The notes: generated by a model not told the origin, from the sequence alone. A stretch of 64,000 nt of DNA from Squalus acanthias (GCA_030390025.1 CM059432.1:39310001-39374000); one strand, 5' to 3'. Positions 1 through 13,917 are shown, numbered from the stretch's first letter. A program made the numbers and translations.

Positions 1-3000
1 CCCCCTTCACCCGATCGAGGCCAGACCACCCCCTTCACTCGATCGAGGCCAGACCCCCACTTCACCCGATCAAGGCCAGACCCCCCCGCTTCACCCGATC
101 GAGTTCAGACCCCCCCTTCACTCGATCGAGGCAAGACCACCCCTTCACCCGATCGAGGCCAGACCACTCCCTTCACCTGATCGAGGCCAGACCCCCCCTT
201 CACCCGATCGCGGCCAGACCCCCCCCTTCACCCGAATGTGGCCAGACCCCCCTTTCACCCGATCGAGGCCAGACCCCCCCTTCACCAGATCGAGGCCAGA
301 CCCCCCCTTCACTCGATCGAGGCCAGACCACCCCCTTCACCCGATCGAGGCCAGACCACCCCCTTCACCCGATCGAGGCCAGACCCCCCCCTTCACCCGA
401 TCGAGGCCAGACCCCCCCGCTTCACCCGATCGAGTTCAGACCCCCCCTTCACTCGATCGAGGCCAGACCACCCCTTCACCCGATCGAGTCCAGACCCCCC
501 CCTTCACTCAATCGAGGGCAGACCCCCCTTCACCCGATCGAGGCCAGACCACTCCCTTCACCTGATCGAGGCCAGACCCCCCCGCTTCACCCGATCGAGT
601 TCAGACCCCCCCTTCACTCGATCGAGGCCAGACCACCCCTTCACCCGATCGAGTCCAGACCCCCCCTTCACTCAATCGAGGGCAGACCCCCCTTCACCCG
701 ATCGAGGCCAGACCACTCCCTTCACCTGATCGAGGCCAGACCCCCCCCCACTTCACCCGATCGAGGCCAGACCACCCCCATCACTCGATCGAGGCCAGAC
801 CACCCCCTTCACCCGATCGAGGCCAGACCCCCCCCTTCACCCGATCGAGGCCAAACCACCCCCTTCACTCGATCGAGGCCAGACCACCCCCTTCACCCGA
901 TCGAGGCCAGACCACCCCCTTCACCCGATCGAGGCCAGACCCCCCCCTTCACCCGATCGAGGCCAGACCCCCCCTTCACTCGATCGAGGCCAGACCACCC
1001 CTTCACCCGATCGAGTTCAGACCCCCCCTTCACTCGATCGAGGCCAGACCACCCCTTCACCCGATCGAGTCCAGACCCCCCCTTCACTCAATCGAGGGCA
1101 GACCCCCCTTCACCCGATCGAGGCCAGACCACTCCCTTCACCTGATCGAGGCCAGACCCCCCTTCACCCGATCGCGGCCAGACCCCCCCCTTCACCCGAA
1201 TGTGGCCAGACCCCCCTTTCACCCGATCGAGGCCAGACCCCCCCTTCACCAGATCGAGGCCAGACCCCCCCTTCACCCGATCGAGGCCAGACCCCCCTTC
1301 ACCCGATCGAGGCCAGACCACCTCCTTCACCCGATCGAGGCCAGACCCCCCCTTCACCCGATCGAGGCCAGACCCCCCCCTTCACCCGATCGAGGCCAGA
1401 CCACCCCCTTCACTCGATCGAGGCCAGACCACCCCCTTCACCCGATCGAGGCCAGACCCCCCCCTTCACCCGATCGAGGCCAAACCACCCCCTTCACTCG
1501 ATCGAGGCCAGACCACCCCCTTCACCCGATCGAGGCCAGACCACCCCCCTTCACCCGATCGAGGCCAGACCCCCCCCCTTCACCCGATCGAGGCCAGACC
1601 ACCCCCTTCACTCGATCGAGGCCAGACCCCCACTTCACCCGATCAAGGCCAGACCCCCCCCTTCACCCGATCGAGGCCAGACCCCCCCTTCACTCAATCG
1701 AGGGCAGACCCCCCTTCACCCGATCGAGGCCAGACCACTCCCTTCACCTGATCGAGGCCAGACCCCCCCCCCTTCACCCGATCGAGGCCAGACCACCCCC
1801 TTCACTCGATCGAGGCCAGACCACCCCCTTCACCCGATCGAGGCCAGACCCCCCCCTTCACCCGATCGAGGCCAAACCACCCCCTTCACTCGATCGAGGC
1901 CAGACCACCCCCTTCACCCGATCGAGGCCAGACCACCCCCTTCACCCGATCGAGGCCAGACCCCCCCCTTCACCCGATCGAGGCCAGACCACCCCCTTCA
2001 CTCGATCGAGGCCAGACCCCCCACTTCACCCGATCAAGGCCAGACCCCCCCGCTTCACCCGATCGAGGCCAGACCCCCCCCTTCACCCGATCGAGGCCAG
2101 ACCCCCCCCTTCACCCGATCGAGGCCAGACCACCCCCTTCACTCGATCGAGGCCAGACCACCCCCTTCACTCGATCGAGGCCAGACCCCCCCCTTCACCC
2201 GATCGAGGCCAGACCTCCCCTTCACCCGATCGCGGCCAGACCCCCCCTTCACTTGATCGAGGCCAGACCCCCCCCCTTCACCCGATCACGGCCAGACCCC
2301 CCCTTCACCTGATCGAGGCCAGACTCCCCTTCACCCGATCGCGGCCACACCCCCCCTTCACCCGAATGTGGCCAGACCCCCCCCTTTACCCGATCGAGGC
2401 CAGACCCCCCCTACATCCGATCGAGGCCAGACCCCCCCCCTTCACCCGATCGAGGCCAGACCCCCCTTTCACCCGATCGAGGCCAGACCCCCCCTTCACC
2501 CGATCGAGGCCAGACCCCCCCCTTCACCCGATCGAGGCCAGACCACTCCCTTCACCTGATCGAGGCCAGACCCCCCTTCACCCGATCGCGGCCAGACCCC
2601 CCCCTTCACCCGAATGTGGCCAGACCCCCCTTTCACCCGATCGAGGCCAGACCCCCCCTTCACCAGATCGAGGCCAGACCCCCCCTTCACCCGATCGAGG
2701 CCAGACCCCCCTTCACCCGATCGAGGCCAGACCACCTCCTTCACCCGATCGAGGCCAGACCCCCCTTCACCCGATCGAGGCCAGACCCCCCCCTTCACCC
2801 GATCGAGGCCAGACCACCCCCTTCACTCGATCGAGGCCAGACCACCCCCTTCACCCGATCGAGGCCAGACCACCCCCTTCACCCGATCGAGGCCAGACCC
2901 CCCCCCTTCACCCGATCGAGGCCAGACCCCCCCCTTCACCCGATCGAGGCCAGACCACCCCCTTCACTCGATCGAGGCCAGACCCCCACTTCACCCGATC

Positions 3001-6000
3001 AAGGCCAGACCCCCCCCTTCACCCGATCGAGGCCAGACCCCCCCCCTTCACCCGATCGAGGCCAGACCCCCCCCTTCACCCGATCGAGGCCAGACCACCC
3101 CCTTCACTCGATCGAGGCCAGACCACCCCCTTCACTCGATCGAGGCCAGACCCCCCCCTTCACCCGATCGAGGCCAGGCCTCCCCTTCACCCGATCGCGG
3201 CCAGACCCCCCCTTCACTTGATCGAGGCCAGACCCCACCTTCACCCGATCACGGCCAGACCCCCCCTTCACCTGATCGAGGCCAGACTCCCCTTCACCCG
3301 ATCGCGGCCAGACCCCCCCTTCACCCGAATGTGGCCAGACCCCCCCTTTACCCGATCGAGGCCAGACCCCCCCTTCACCCGATCGAGGCCAGACCCCCCC
3401 TTCACCCGATCGAGGCCAGACCCCCCCTTCACCCGATCGAGGCCAGACCCCCCCTTCACCCGATCGAGGCCAGACCCCACCTTCACCCGATCGAGGCCAG
3501 ACCCCCCTTTCACCCGATCGAGGCCAGACCCCCCCTTCACCAGATCGAGGCCAGAACCCCCCTTCACCCGATCGAGGCCAGACCCCCCTTCACCCGATCG
3601 AGGCCAGACCACCTCCTTCACCCGATCGAGGCCAGACCCCCCTTCACCCGATCGAGGCCAGACCCCCCCCTTCACCCGATCGAGGCCAGACCACCCCCTT
3701 CACTCCATCGAGGCCAGACCCCCCCCTTCACCCGATCGAGGCCAGACCCCCCCCTTCACCCGATCGAGGCTAAACCACCCCCTTCACTCGATCGAGGCCA
3801 GACCACCCCCTTCACCCGATTGAGGCCAGACCACCCCCTTCACCCGATCGAGGCCAGACCCCCCCCTTCACCCGATCGAGGCCAGACCACTCCCTTCACC
3901 CGATCGAGGCCAGACCTCCCCTTCACCCGATCGCGGCCAGACCACCCCCTTCACTCGATCGAGGCCAGACCCCCCCCTTCACCCGATCGAGGCCAGACCC
4001 CCACTTCACCTGATCGCGGCCAGACCCCCCACTTCACCTGATCGCGGCCAGACCCCCCCTTCACTTGATCGAGGCCAGACCCCCCTTCACCCGATCGAGG
4101 CCAGACCCCCCCTTCACCTGATCGAGTCCAGACTCCCCTTCACTCGATCGAGGCCAGACCCCCCCTTCACCCGATTGAGGCCAGACCCCCCCTTCACCCG
4201 ATCGAGGCCAGACCACTCCCTTCACCTGATCGAGGCCAGACCCCCCTTCACCCGATCGCGGCCAGACCCCCCCTTGCCCGAATGTGGCCAGACCCCCCCT
4301 TCACCCGATCGAGGCCAGACCCCCCTTCACCCGATCGAGGCCAGACCACCTCCTTCACCCGATCGAGGCCAGACCCCCCTTCACCCGATCGAGGCCAGAC
4401 CCCCCGCTTCACCCGATCGAGGCCAGACCACCCCCTTCACTCGATCGAGGCCAGACCACCCCCTTCACCCGATCGAGGCCAGACCCCCCCCTTCACCCGA
4501 TCGAGGCCAAACCACCCCCTTCACTCGATCGAGGCCAGACCACCCCCTTCACCCGATCGAGGCCAGACCAACCCCTTCACCCGATCGCGGCCAGACCCCC
4601 CCTTCACCCGAATGTGGCCAAACCCCCCTTTCACCCGATCGAGGCCAGACCCCCCCTTCACCAGATCGAGGCCAGACCCCCCCTTCACCCGATCGAGGCC
4701 AGACCCCCCTTCACCCGATCGAGGCCAGACCACCCCCTTCGCCCGATCGAGGCCAGACCACCCCCTTCACTCGATCGAGGCCAGACCACCCCCTTCACCC
4801 GATCGAGGCCAGACCCCCCCCTTCACCCGATCGAGGCCAAACCACCCTCTTCACTCGATCGAGGCCAGACCACCCCCTTCATCCGATCGAGGCCAGACCA
4901 CCCCCTTCACCCGATCGAGGCCAGACCCCCCCCTTCACCCGATCGAGGCCAGACTACCCCCTTCACTCGATCGAGGCCAGACCCCCCACTTCACCCGATC
5001 AAGGCCAGACCCCCCCCTTCACCCGATCGAGGCCAGACCCCCCCCTTCACCCGATCGAGGCCAGACCCCCCCCTTCACCCGATCGAGGCCAGACCACCCC
5101 CTTCACTCGATCGAGGCCAGACCACCCCCTTCACTCGATCGAGGCCAGACCCCCCCCCTTCACCCGTTCGAGGCCAGACCTCCCCTTCACCCGATCGCGG
5201 CCAGACCCCCCCTTCACTTGATCGAGGCCAGACCCCCCCTTCACCCGATCACGGCCAGACCCCCCCTTCACCTGATCGAGGCCAGACTCCCCTTCACCCG
5301 ATCGCGGCCAGACCCCCCCTTCACCCGAATGTGGCCAGACCCCCCCTTTACCCGATCGAGGCCAGACCCCCCCTTCACCCGATCGAGGCCAGACCCCCCC
5401 TTCACCCGATCGAGGCCAGACCCCCCTTCACCCGATCGCGGCCAGACCCCCCCTTCACCCGATCGAGGCCAGACCCCCCCTTCACCCGATCGAGGCCAGA
5501 CCCCCCCCTTCACCCGATCGAGGCCAGACCCCCCTTTCACCCGATCGAGGCCAGACCCCCCCTTCACCAGATCGAGGCCAGACCCCCCCTTCACCCGATC
5601 GAGGCCAGACCCCCCTTCACCCGATCGAGGCCAGACCACCTCCTTCACCCGATCGAGGCCAGACCCCCCTTCACCCGATCGAGGCCAGACCCCCCCCTTC
5701 ACCCGATCGAGGCCAGACCACCCCCTTCACTCGATCGAGGCCAGACCCCCCCCTTCACCCGATCGAGGCCAGACCCCCCCCTTCACCCGATCGAGGCTAA
5801 ACCACCCCCTTCACTCGATCGAGGCCAGACCACCCCCTTCACCCGATTGAGGCCAGACCACCCCCTTCACCCGATCGAGGCCAGACCCCCCCCTTCACCC
5901 GATCGAGGCCAGACCACCCCCTTCACTCGATCGAGGCCAGACCCCCACTTCACCCGATCGAGGCCAGACCCCCCCCTTCACCCGATCGAGGCCAGACCAC

Positions 6001-6685
6001 CCCCTTCACTCGATCGAGGCCAGACCCCCCCCTTCACCCGATCGAGGCCAGACCACCCCCTTCACTCGATCGAGGCCAGACCCCCACTTCACCCGATCGA
6101 GGCCAGACCCCCCACTTCACCCGATCGAGGCCAGACCACCCCCTTCACTCGATCGAGGCCAGACCACCCCCTTCACTCGATCGAGGCCAGACCACTCCCT
6201 TCACCCGATCGAGGCCAGACCTCCCCTTCACCCGATCGCGGCCAGACCACCCCCTTCACTCGATCGAGGCCAGACCCCCCCCTTCACCCGATCGAGGCCA
6301 GACCCCCCCTTCACCTGATCGCGGCCAGACCCCCCCTTCACTTGATCGAGGCCAGACCCCCCTTCACCCGATCGCGGCCAGACCCCCCCTTCACCTGATC
6401 GAGGCCAGACTCCCCTTCACCCGATCGCGGCCAGACCCCCCCTTCACCCGAATGTGGCCAGACCCCCCCTTTACCGATCGAGGCCAGACCCCCCCTTCAC
6501 CCGATCGAGGCCAGACCCCCCCTTCACCCGAACGAGGCCAGACCCCCCCTTCACCCGATCGAGGCCAGACCCCCCCTTTACCCGATCGAGGCCAGACCCC
6601 CCCTTCACCCGATCGAGGCCAGACCCCCCCTTCACCCGATCGAGGCCAGACCCCCCCTTCACCCGATCGAGGCCAGACCACCCCC
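1..6685. repeat. C-rich tandem satellite, ~28-31 bp unit (C5-8 TTCACCCGATCGAGGCCAGAC); runs off the window start
   Basis: Unit directly visible throughout; length varies mainly in the C tract; recurring variants (CACTCGAT, CGCGGCC, CGAATGTGG, GCCAAACC). Confidence 0.99.
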
Positions 6686-7123
6686 AGAGTAGGTTGGAAC
6701 TCTACTCATTGGAATACAGAAGAATGAAGGCGATCTTATCGAAACATATAAGATTGTGAGAGGGCTTGATCGGGTGGATACTGGGAGGATGTTTCCACTG
6801 ATGGGTGAGACTAGAACTAGGGAACATAATCTTAGAATAAGGGGCTGCCGTTTCAAAACTAAGATGAGAAGAAACTTCTTCACTCAGAGGGTAGTAAATC
6901 TATGGAATTTGCTACCTCAGAGAGCTGTGGAAGCTGCGACATTAAATAAATTTAAAACGGAGATAGACAGTTTCCTAGCTGATAAGGGAATTAAGGGTTA
7001 TGGGGAGCAGGCAGGGAAGTGGACGTGAGTCTAGGTTCGGATCAGCCATGATCCTATTGAATGGCGGAGCAGGCCCGAAGGGTTGTATGGCCTACTCCTG
7101 CTCCTACTTCTTATGTTCTTATG
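6686..7123 (+). mobile_element. 5'-truncated CR1 LINE 3' end inserted in the satellite
   Basis: ORF 6756-7028 has the CR1 ORF2 C-terminus (RRNFFTQRVVNLWN, FKTEID); ends in a (TTCTTATG)2 tail; satellite resumes in register at 7124. Confidence 0.95.
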
Positions 7124-7690
7124 TTCACCCGATCGAGGCCAGACCACCTCCTTCACTCGATCGAGGCCAGACCACCTCCTTCACTCGATCGAGGCCAGAC
7201 CACCTCCTTCACTCGATCGAGGCCAGACCACCTCCTTCACTCGATCGAGGCCAGACCACCTCCTTCACCTGATCGAGGCCAGACCACCCCCTTCACCCGA
7301 TCGAGGCCAGAGGTCCCCCTTCACCCGATCACAGCGAGACCCCCCCCTTCACCCGATCGAGGCCAGGCCCCCCTTCACCCGATCGAGGCCAGACCCCCCT
7401 TCACCTGATCGCAGCCAGACCCCCCCCCTTCACCCGATCGAGGCCAGACCCCACTTCACTCGATCGAAGCCAGACCCCCACTTCACTTGATCGAAGTCAG
7501 ACCACCCCTTCACCCGCTCGCAGCCACATCCCCCCTTCACCCGATCGCAGCCAGACCACCCCCTTCACCCGATCGAGGCCAGACCACCCCCTTCACCCGA
7601 TCGAGGCCAGACCCCCCCTTCACCCGATCGAGGCCAGACCCCCCCTTCACCCGATCGAGGCCAGACCCCCCTCCCTTTCACCCCTTCATG
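7124..7690. repeat. Distal part of the same satellite, degenerating towards its end
   Basis: Same unit; about five ACCACCTCCTTCAC variant units follow the CR1, then divergence rises. Confidence 0.97.
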
Positions 7691-7980
7691 GCCAGAGCTC
7701 TTCCCCCTCCCACAATTGTCACCAGATCCTTCCCCCCTCCCCCTCGATCCTGCCCAGATCCGGGTCCCGGTGGGGGCCTCCTGTCACCAGATGCCCACTC
7801 CTGCCCGCAGGTCAATTCGTAAATCTGGCTGAGTGTTGGGTGGGACTCTGGAGAATTTTATTTAAATGAAGCCCTGCCATTAAGATCGGCAGGACCTCCA
7901 ATTCACTGGCCTTGCCAGGTTCATCGCCCATTACTGGGTTCCCCTGTGCCCTTCCCGCCCTCCCCGTAAATGCTGAGGCC
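7691..7980. mobile_element. Probable terminus of a non-autonomous Harbinger-type DNA element (MITE)
   Basis: GC-rich segment ending AAATGCTGAGGCC; its reverse complement starts GGCCTC like the MITE at 57315; AT-rich DNA follows. Confidence 0.45.
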
Positions 7981-8084
7981 AATGTTTCCACAGATTACTT
8001 GTCTGTCAGTCAGCGAGTTACTTTTTCCAATATACGTATTGACAGTAAAAGGGGATATTGTTCACCCAGGGCATGCTACCAGAT

Positions 8085-8300
8085 AGGAACATGAGCAGTC
8101 CATTCAGCCCCTCGAGTATGTCCTGCAATTCAATTTAATCATGGCTGATCGGTACCTCAACTCCATTTACCCAACTTTGTTCCATATCCCTTGATACCCT
8201 TACCCAACAAAAATCTATCGGTCTCAGTCTTGAAATTTCTATTCACCTAGCACCCATGGCTTTTTGGGGGAGCTTTGTGTGAAAAAGTGCTTCCTGACTG
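8085..8300 (-). mobile_element. Degraded CR1 3' tail fragment
   Basis: CATTCAGCCCCTCGAG...ATCATGGCTGATC...CATATCCCTTGAT...AAAATCTATC matches the CR1 tails at 26680-26850 and 38823-39000. Confidence 0.8.
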
Positions 8301-11185
8301 AATTCTTAGTTTCACAGAGAAAGTAGGAAGTTGAAGATACACTTCAGACAAGGAAGTAGGAACCAGTTGTCATTTACTACCAAGTAAGCTTTTTATAAAC
8401 ATTTTTTTGTGAATTTTATCAAGGTGAAGGATATCAGTGCTAAGGAATGGAACTCTGGTTTAAGAGTGCTAAGCTCAGTTCAGAGAGGTCATCTATAGTC
8501 AATAGTGAAGATACTTTGTTCCCATCAATCTGCGCTGGTTGCAAGGATGAAAGGACAGTGTGTTGAATTTAAGCAGATTACATGTGCTAATTGTGCAGAC
8601 CTATTGTATTTGCACATAACGTGATTAAGAAAATGTTTTAATTTACAATATTTTGATTCTTCCTCAAACTACTTGGCCTATAGCCTTTTAATGTTCAACT
8701 ATTTCTTCCTTTTCAGACATGCATCTAAGAATTCTATCAGTTAATCGCATTATTATTATTATACATTTCCATATTGGATGTGTTATTAAGCATCGTCAAA
8801 GCAACTATTGTACTGTACAAACCACCTGTTAGGCTTCAGTATTAAGCCCCACAGCTATTACAAATATAGAAGTACTTAAAAGTTGATGGATGAGCACAAT
8901 TTTTCCTTGTGCATCTGTGATTGATCCCTTGATCCTGCTTTGTCATATCACAGGCTCCAGAACAGGTGTCTCATGGAACAAAAAAAAAGGAGGAAATTCA
9001 GACAATTACAGAAATGGAGCTTGCATGGAAGATTTTCATCTCTCGGGTGCCTAAGGTGCTCTCCCTGTCATTACTGAGGTTAAGTGAATGATCCACTATC
9101 AGCATTCCAGCAGCAGAGGGTTCCTTATCTGATTGAACATATTCAACATATTAGGAACTTTCCTCAGGAAGTTTATTCCCTCCTAATCTGCTGATGGTCC
9201 TGAGAATATAATACTCAGCAGCGAAAAAAGAAAGACATGGAAATTCTATCAGGTTTTTAAAAAAGTGGAAGGCACAAAGCAATCTGAAATTTTCCATTAC
9301 AATTTCCCTACAGTTACAGCTTAGAATGAATCAATTATCAATAAATATTTTTTAATTATTAAAAAAAAAACATTTTTGATGCTGAGCAGCAATTGAATTA
9401 GAAACCAGAAAAGGTTGAAAAAATTTAATGGAATAACAGTATAGAACTGGAAATAATTTAAAAGTTGTAACTGCCGACATGCATGATTTCATTCATAGAT
9501 AATGTTAACTGAAGGTCAGATATCTAAACATCTTAGGAGAATATAAAATATATTCCCCATTACTGCAGGGCTTAAAATATGATGACAGTTAGACGTCTAC
9601 TGCAGATATTGATGTTTGGGAGCAGGACTCACACTAGGACTCGAAGCAGTAACGCTTCACAGCTGCTTTCAGTTTTTATTGCTTTAGCCATTCTAAAACA
9701 GAAAACACACAGCAACAGTACTCTCTGAAATAAGGGGTGAGTGCTTTTTGTGTTTGCGTCTTAGCTTAGATGCCCCAACAATTTGTGTGTTGATTTCAGG
9801 TGGAATCATGAAGGAGAAATCCTCCCAGTATCTCTGATATCGCTCCAGTTCCTTATCTCTAAGATTCCCTTCCTGTTTTCCGTACCTATGCGATCCTTCT
9901 CCCTCTTCATGATTCTGAAATGTCCCTCTCCCTCAATTTTTGACCTCTTCCTCCACCATATTTTCAACGTAGACTACACTTTCTCAGCATGTCTTCATCT
10001 AACCTCCAGCCCCCTTATTGCTGCAAAAGTGAGTTTGGGAAGGAGTGCCTCTATGGAGAGAAATATAGGAGTAACAATCCCAAAAGCTCTACCACACCAG
10101 CATGACACTTCCATTTGCCTTAATAGGCATCTTCGATGGCACTCATGAATGGATTAAAAAAAATTCTAAGACTCCTGGTTAAACTAAAAATGGATTTGAA
10201 ATGAATACAGTATTCGGAAAAATAATTTAATGCCGCACTGACCCTGAAATTATGCTGTAGGTAACTAGTGCACAAACACTTACGCCGTTCATCTTAAACT
10301 CTTCCCTCTATTTAAGATAAGTATGCTCACATGCTACAGCATGATTTCAAAGAATTTTAAGGATTGCAGCTGAAATAAGATCTGCCAGTCTGATAGGAAT
10401 TGATATCACAACAGCTTCTTGAGTCCAGTTTGTGAGATTCAGAAATATCGGTCAAAGCTGAACATCAAGAACAAAAGAAAATTCTTTAAATTCATTTGGC
10501 AGTTCACAAAATGGAGTTTCAGGTCAGTAGGTGTCTAGAAAATTAAAGTTCTCTAGCACATTTAAATTGTCACAGGAAACCATATTGTGATATTCATTAT
10601 AAGAACCTAAAATATCAATCACTGAGGTTTGTTTTTGATAACGAAGGCCATCCTGCTGAGTACCAAACAGAAGCCATTTGCGTGGAGTTTTTTTTTATGC
10701 TTTAGTTCATGTAAGAAGAATAGTTCTACAGGTTGTAAGACAGTAGTTTCTGAACTCTGAGAAAGGGTCCCACCTGAAACATTAACCTATCTTTCTCTTT
10801 CAGATGTTGAATGGCCACTTCCTGCGTATTCTTTTTGTGAAGTGGTTCATGTGATAACCTGCACCTGGCTTTAATATAGTGTAATGATAATACATTAATA
10901 CAAAGCTGTGACCAATGAAAGTATACTTAAGAACCATACTGTGCAGCTCAGTTTGTAACATGTGGCAGTGTGCAAAATGCAATCTCTAGCATTAAATTAA
11001 CTTGGATATTAACTTTAAAATGAATGATATATATTTTTGGAAGGAGCATATATATCAGAGTCAATGTAACTCAGATCTAAAAGAACAACAGTTGAGTTCA
11101 AATCTCAGCTTGGGGCATCTGAAGTCACAGCAGTGTCACATTGTTAATGTTTCACCTCATTACTGAATAGTTCATTTCTACAGTA

Positions 11186-12600
11186 ATGAGTGATGGAGGG
11201 CACAACTATAGAAAGGATGCTGCTTTGGAAACCATTACTTCTGAAGACTGGAGAGAAGTAGCTTTATTAAAAAATAAGAATTATGAATTACCTGACAACC
11301 ATGGGGTGAGGACCAGGACATGCGAGGGGGGTGGGGGGGTTGGAGGGGCAGCCATCATTAGCCAGCAGACTCAGTCTGAGGAGATGGCCTCTACCATTTT
11401 CCCTGGGAAGGGATCAGCAGGGATGGGTTTTAAGATGTGGTGCTACTAGCCAACAAGGAAACTTCATTTATTATGATCCTTTCTGTACTCACTTTTTTTA
11501 TTCTTCCCCATTGGGGCGACACTTGTTAATCAGCAGCATGATGCATACAATACCTTATGATCTCACCTCTCTCTCTTTGATGTCTTGAGGATGAATTGAA
11601 AATCCTTTCCTTTTTATGTTCCTGTAGGTTGTTCCCAAAACAGAGATGCACCAAGTGGCACCACTCTCTCTTGCGTATCACAGCAGATTATGCGATGTAC
11701 ACCCTCTTCCCCCAACACCAGCACAGCTATTAGCATGCCGGAGAATTTTGGAAATGAGTTTGAGGAAGATGCAATGGGTGAATCACAAGTGAGGAGGAGC
11801 AACTGGAGGTGACAAGACAAGGTAAAGAAAGATCTGGCCAGGATACAAGCCCACACTGGGCAAGGGATTGATATCTTACTGGGCCTGCCTTCGGACATGA
11901 GTTAATACAGGAGTAAAAGGCATTTCCTACATTCTTTGAGATCGCCATAAGCAACCTGCGGCATCCATCAGACAGTATTTAGCGGTGGATCTCTGAGATC
12001 ACTGTAATGCTATCAGTTGGATTTATGGAAAGGTAGAGTGAGTACCATTTGCAGGAATCCCCAAAGCAATGAGCCAACAAGTGCAGAACAACAATATTTC
12101 ATGAACATTGTGACTGATGCCATTAGGTCTTGGGCTTCTAGATACAAGACTGTCTCTGGGGGATTAGATAGACCAGGGGATAATTTGCAAAGGAGAGACT
12201 TCATACAGATTAGAGACATCCAATAACTGTTCTCATGCAGGTCACTGATCCTCCAGCTGAGATTTCAGCATTGGGGACCTGGCAGGAGAAGAAACCAATG
12301 AGGTCTTAAGGTGGCTACAAATCCTTCCACTCAAGCCAGGCCCCTCAAAGAACTGAGGAAGCGCTGTTAATGGGCAGCCACTGTGATGTCCAGCTATTGA
12401 AGGGACATCTAATGACCCAAAGGTTCAGGGTCAGGAACAAATTAAATGGCCACAGCACCCAACAGCAACCTGCTACCAGAGTTGCACTCATGGAACATTT
12501 AGATACAGCCTTAGGTTAGGAAGTAGAACAAGCACACAGTGTGGGGTCACCAAGGAGAAACACTAGCATAGATTAGACTCCCACCAGACATGACAGGGGT
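11186..12600 (+). pseudogene. Old decayed Harbinger Myb/SANT-like accessory gene
   Basis: RTRT..GGG..GGAAIISQQTQSEEMASTIF resembles exon 2 of the Myb gene at 33182-33329 (RTGGGQADTQTLSALEDRVLQIIG); acceptor TTTTTATGTTCCTGTAG at 11627 precedes an S/T/E-rich stretch like its exon 3. Many stops; boundaries approximate. Confidence 0.45.
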
Positions 12601-13744
12601 CCGCCAGAATAGGTATGCAATTTCAGGACCCTTTACTTTTTCTTTTCAATCCTGGGTATGTCAATAGGATTTAATTCTGCAGTAACACTTTTTTGAGGCA
12701 AGTTTACACTTCGCACCTCTTTGATATATTGGGGTAATTTTGCAAAGCTCTGCTGCCAGCAAAGGAACTGGAATTATCTCCAGTATCGTTCTGTAGTGGA
12801 AGTAAATTGATTATTAAGCAAGGTTATGTATTCTATATTGACCAATGATCACCTTTACCATAGAGTTATAAGCTTACACTCCTTCTTGGGATGGAAGTCA
12901 GACTTTCCCGGGGCAGAGGGGCGGGACATTGGGGCAGAACCTGTCTCTGCCAGGTTTCCACCCCTCGAAAGATGCCACTGCAAATTCCGACGATGGGGTG
13001 GGGGCAATTCTTCTACCTGTGCCCCATCCATCTGGACATTAGTTTGGAACCATGTCTGGGAGGAGGGGATTCTCAGGATCTCCCAAAAGTCCTGCCAGAT
13101 ACACCAACAATGCAAGCAGCAGTATGTACACCTGAAGAAAGCAGGTGTCCATGTCATATTGGGCCACATGCGGGACCCATAATGCCAGATTCAAATGACA
13201 ATTGGTCCCAGAGGGTTCAAATTGCCTTTAAAATTCTGGGCCAGTCATTGAGAGATCAGCCTCCCTTAAATGCAGCAGCAAGGAGCCCTCCGACATCCTG
13301 CCACTTACACTGGGTGAGTGACCCGTAGTGTCAGCGCAGGTGCATGTCCTAGTATGTTAATGACCCATCTCCGGGATTTTGTACAGGGTCATAGTGGGAC
13401 AAAACAGCGGCTGGAAGTTCTGTCCTGCCACACTTTAGGCAGCACAACATCACTGGACCTTCTCCCCACTTGCCTTGGGAGGCAGTATTCCTATGACTGT
13501 TGGGTTGGCAAGGATCAAAAAGTTATGTAGATTACTAATTAACTCTCTGTAAATTCACTTTTAAAGATAATTACTCTCTCCCCTCACTGTGTTAATATCA
13601 GCAACCATCACATCTCCAACTTTCATTCCTTCTTTCCCAGGACCCCGGAAATGTGAATCCCCATACCTTCCTCAGTCTTCCATTTCTCCTAAAAAGTTCC
13701 AAGTTTCCCTTTCTGTTGTGCATGAAAACAACACAATATAGAAG

Positions 13745-13917
13745 CAATAACAATAGAAAATGCTGGAAACACTCAGCAGGTCAGGGTTCTGACGAAGGGT
13801 CCCCGACTCAAAATGTTAACTCTGTTTCTCTCTCCTCGATGCTGCCTGACCTGCTGAGTGTTTCCAACATTTTCTGTTGTTATTTCAGATTTCCAGCATC
13901 CGCAGTATTTTGCTATT
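13745..13917 (+). mobile_element. Penelope-like element terminus with short 5' inverted copy and degenerate hammerhead
   Basis: 13745-13783 is the inverted copy of ~13844-13884; contains CTGACGA-A-GGGTC-ccc-GACTC-AAAA-TG-TT-AAC; same tail as 30480-30577 and 48760-48892. Confidence 0.8.

Noticed and set aside
1..7690. CRISPR-like array (~29-bp repeat with a palindromic core)
   Set aside because: Units are adjacent with no unique spacers, there are no cas genes, and the context is eukaryotic.
236..7822. Long Pro/Arg-rich ORFs (up to 873 aa) on both strands
   Set aside because: The satellite unit has no stop codon, so several frames are open; frames shift with C-tract length. No sign of coding constraint.
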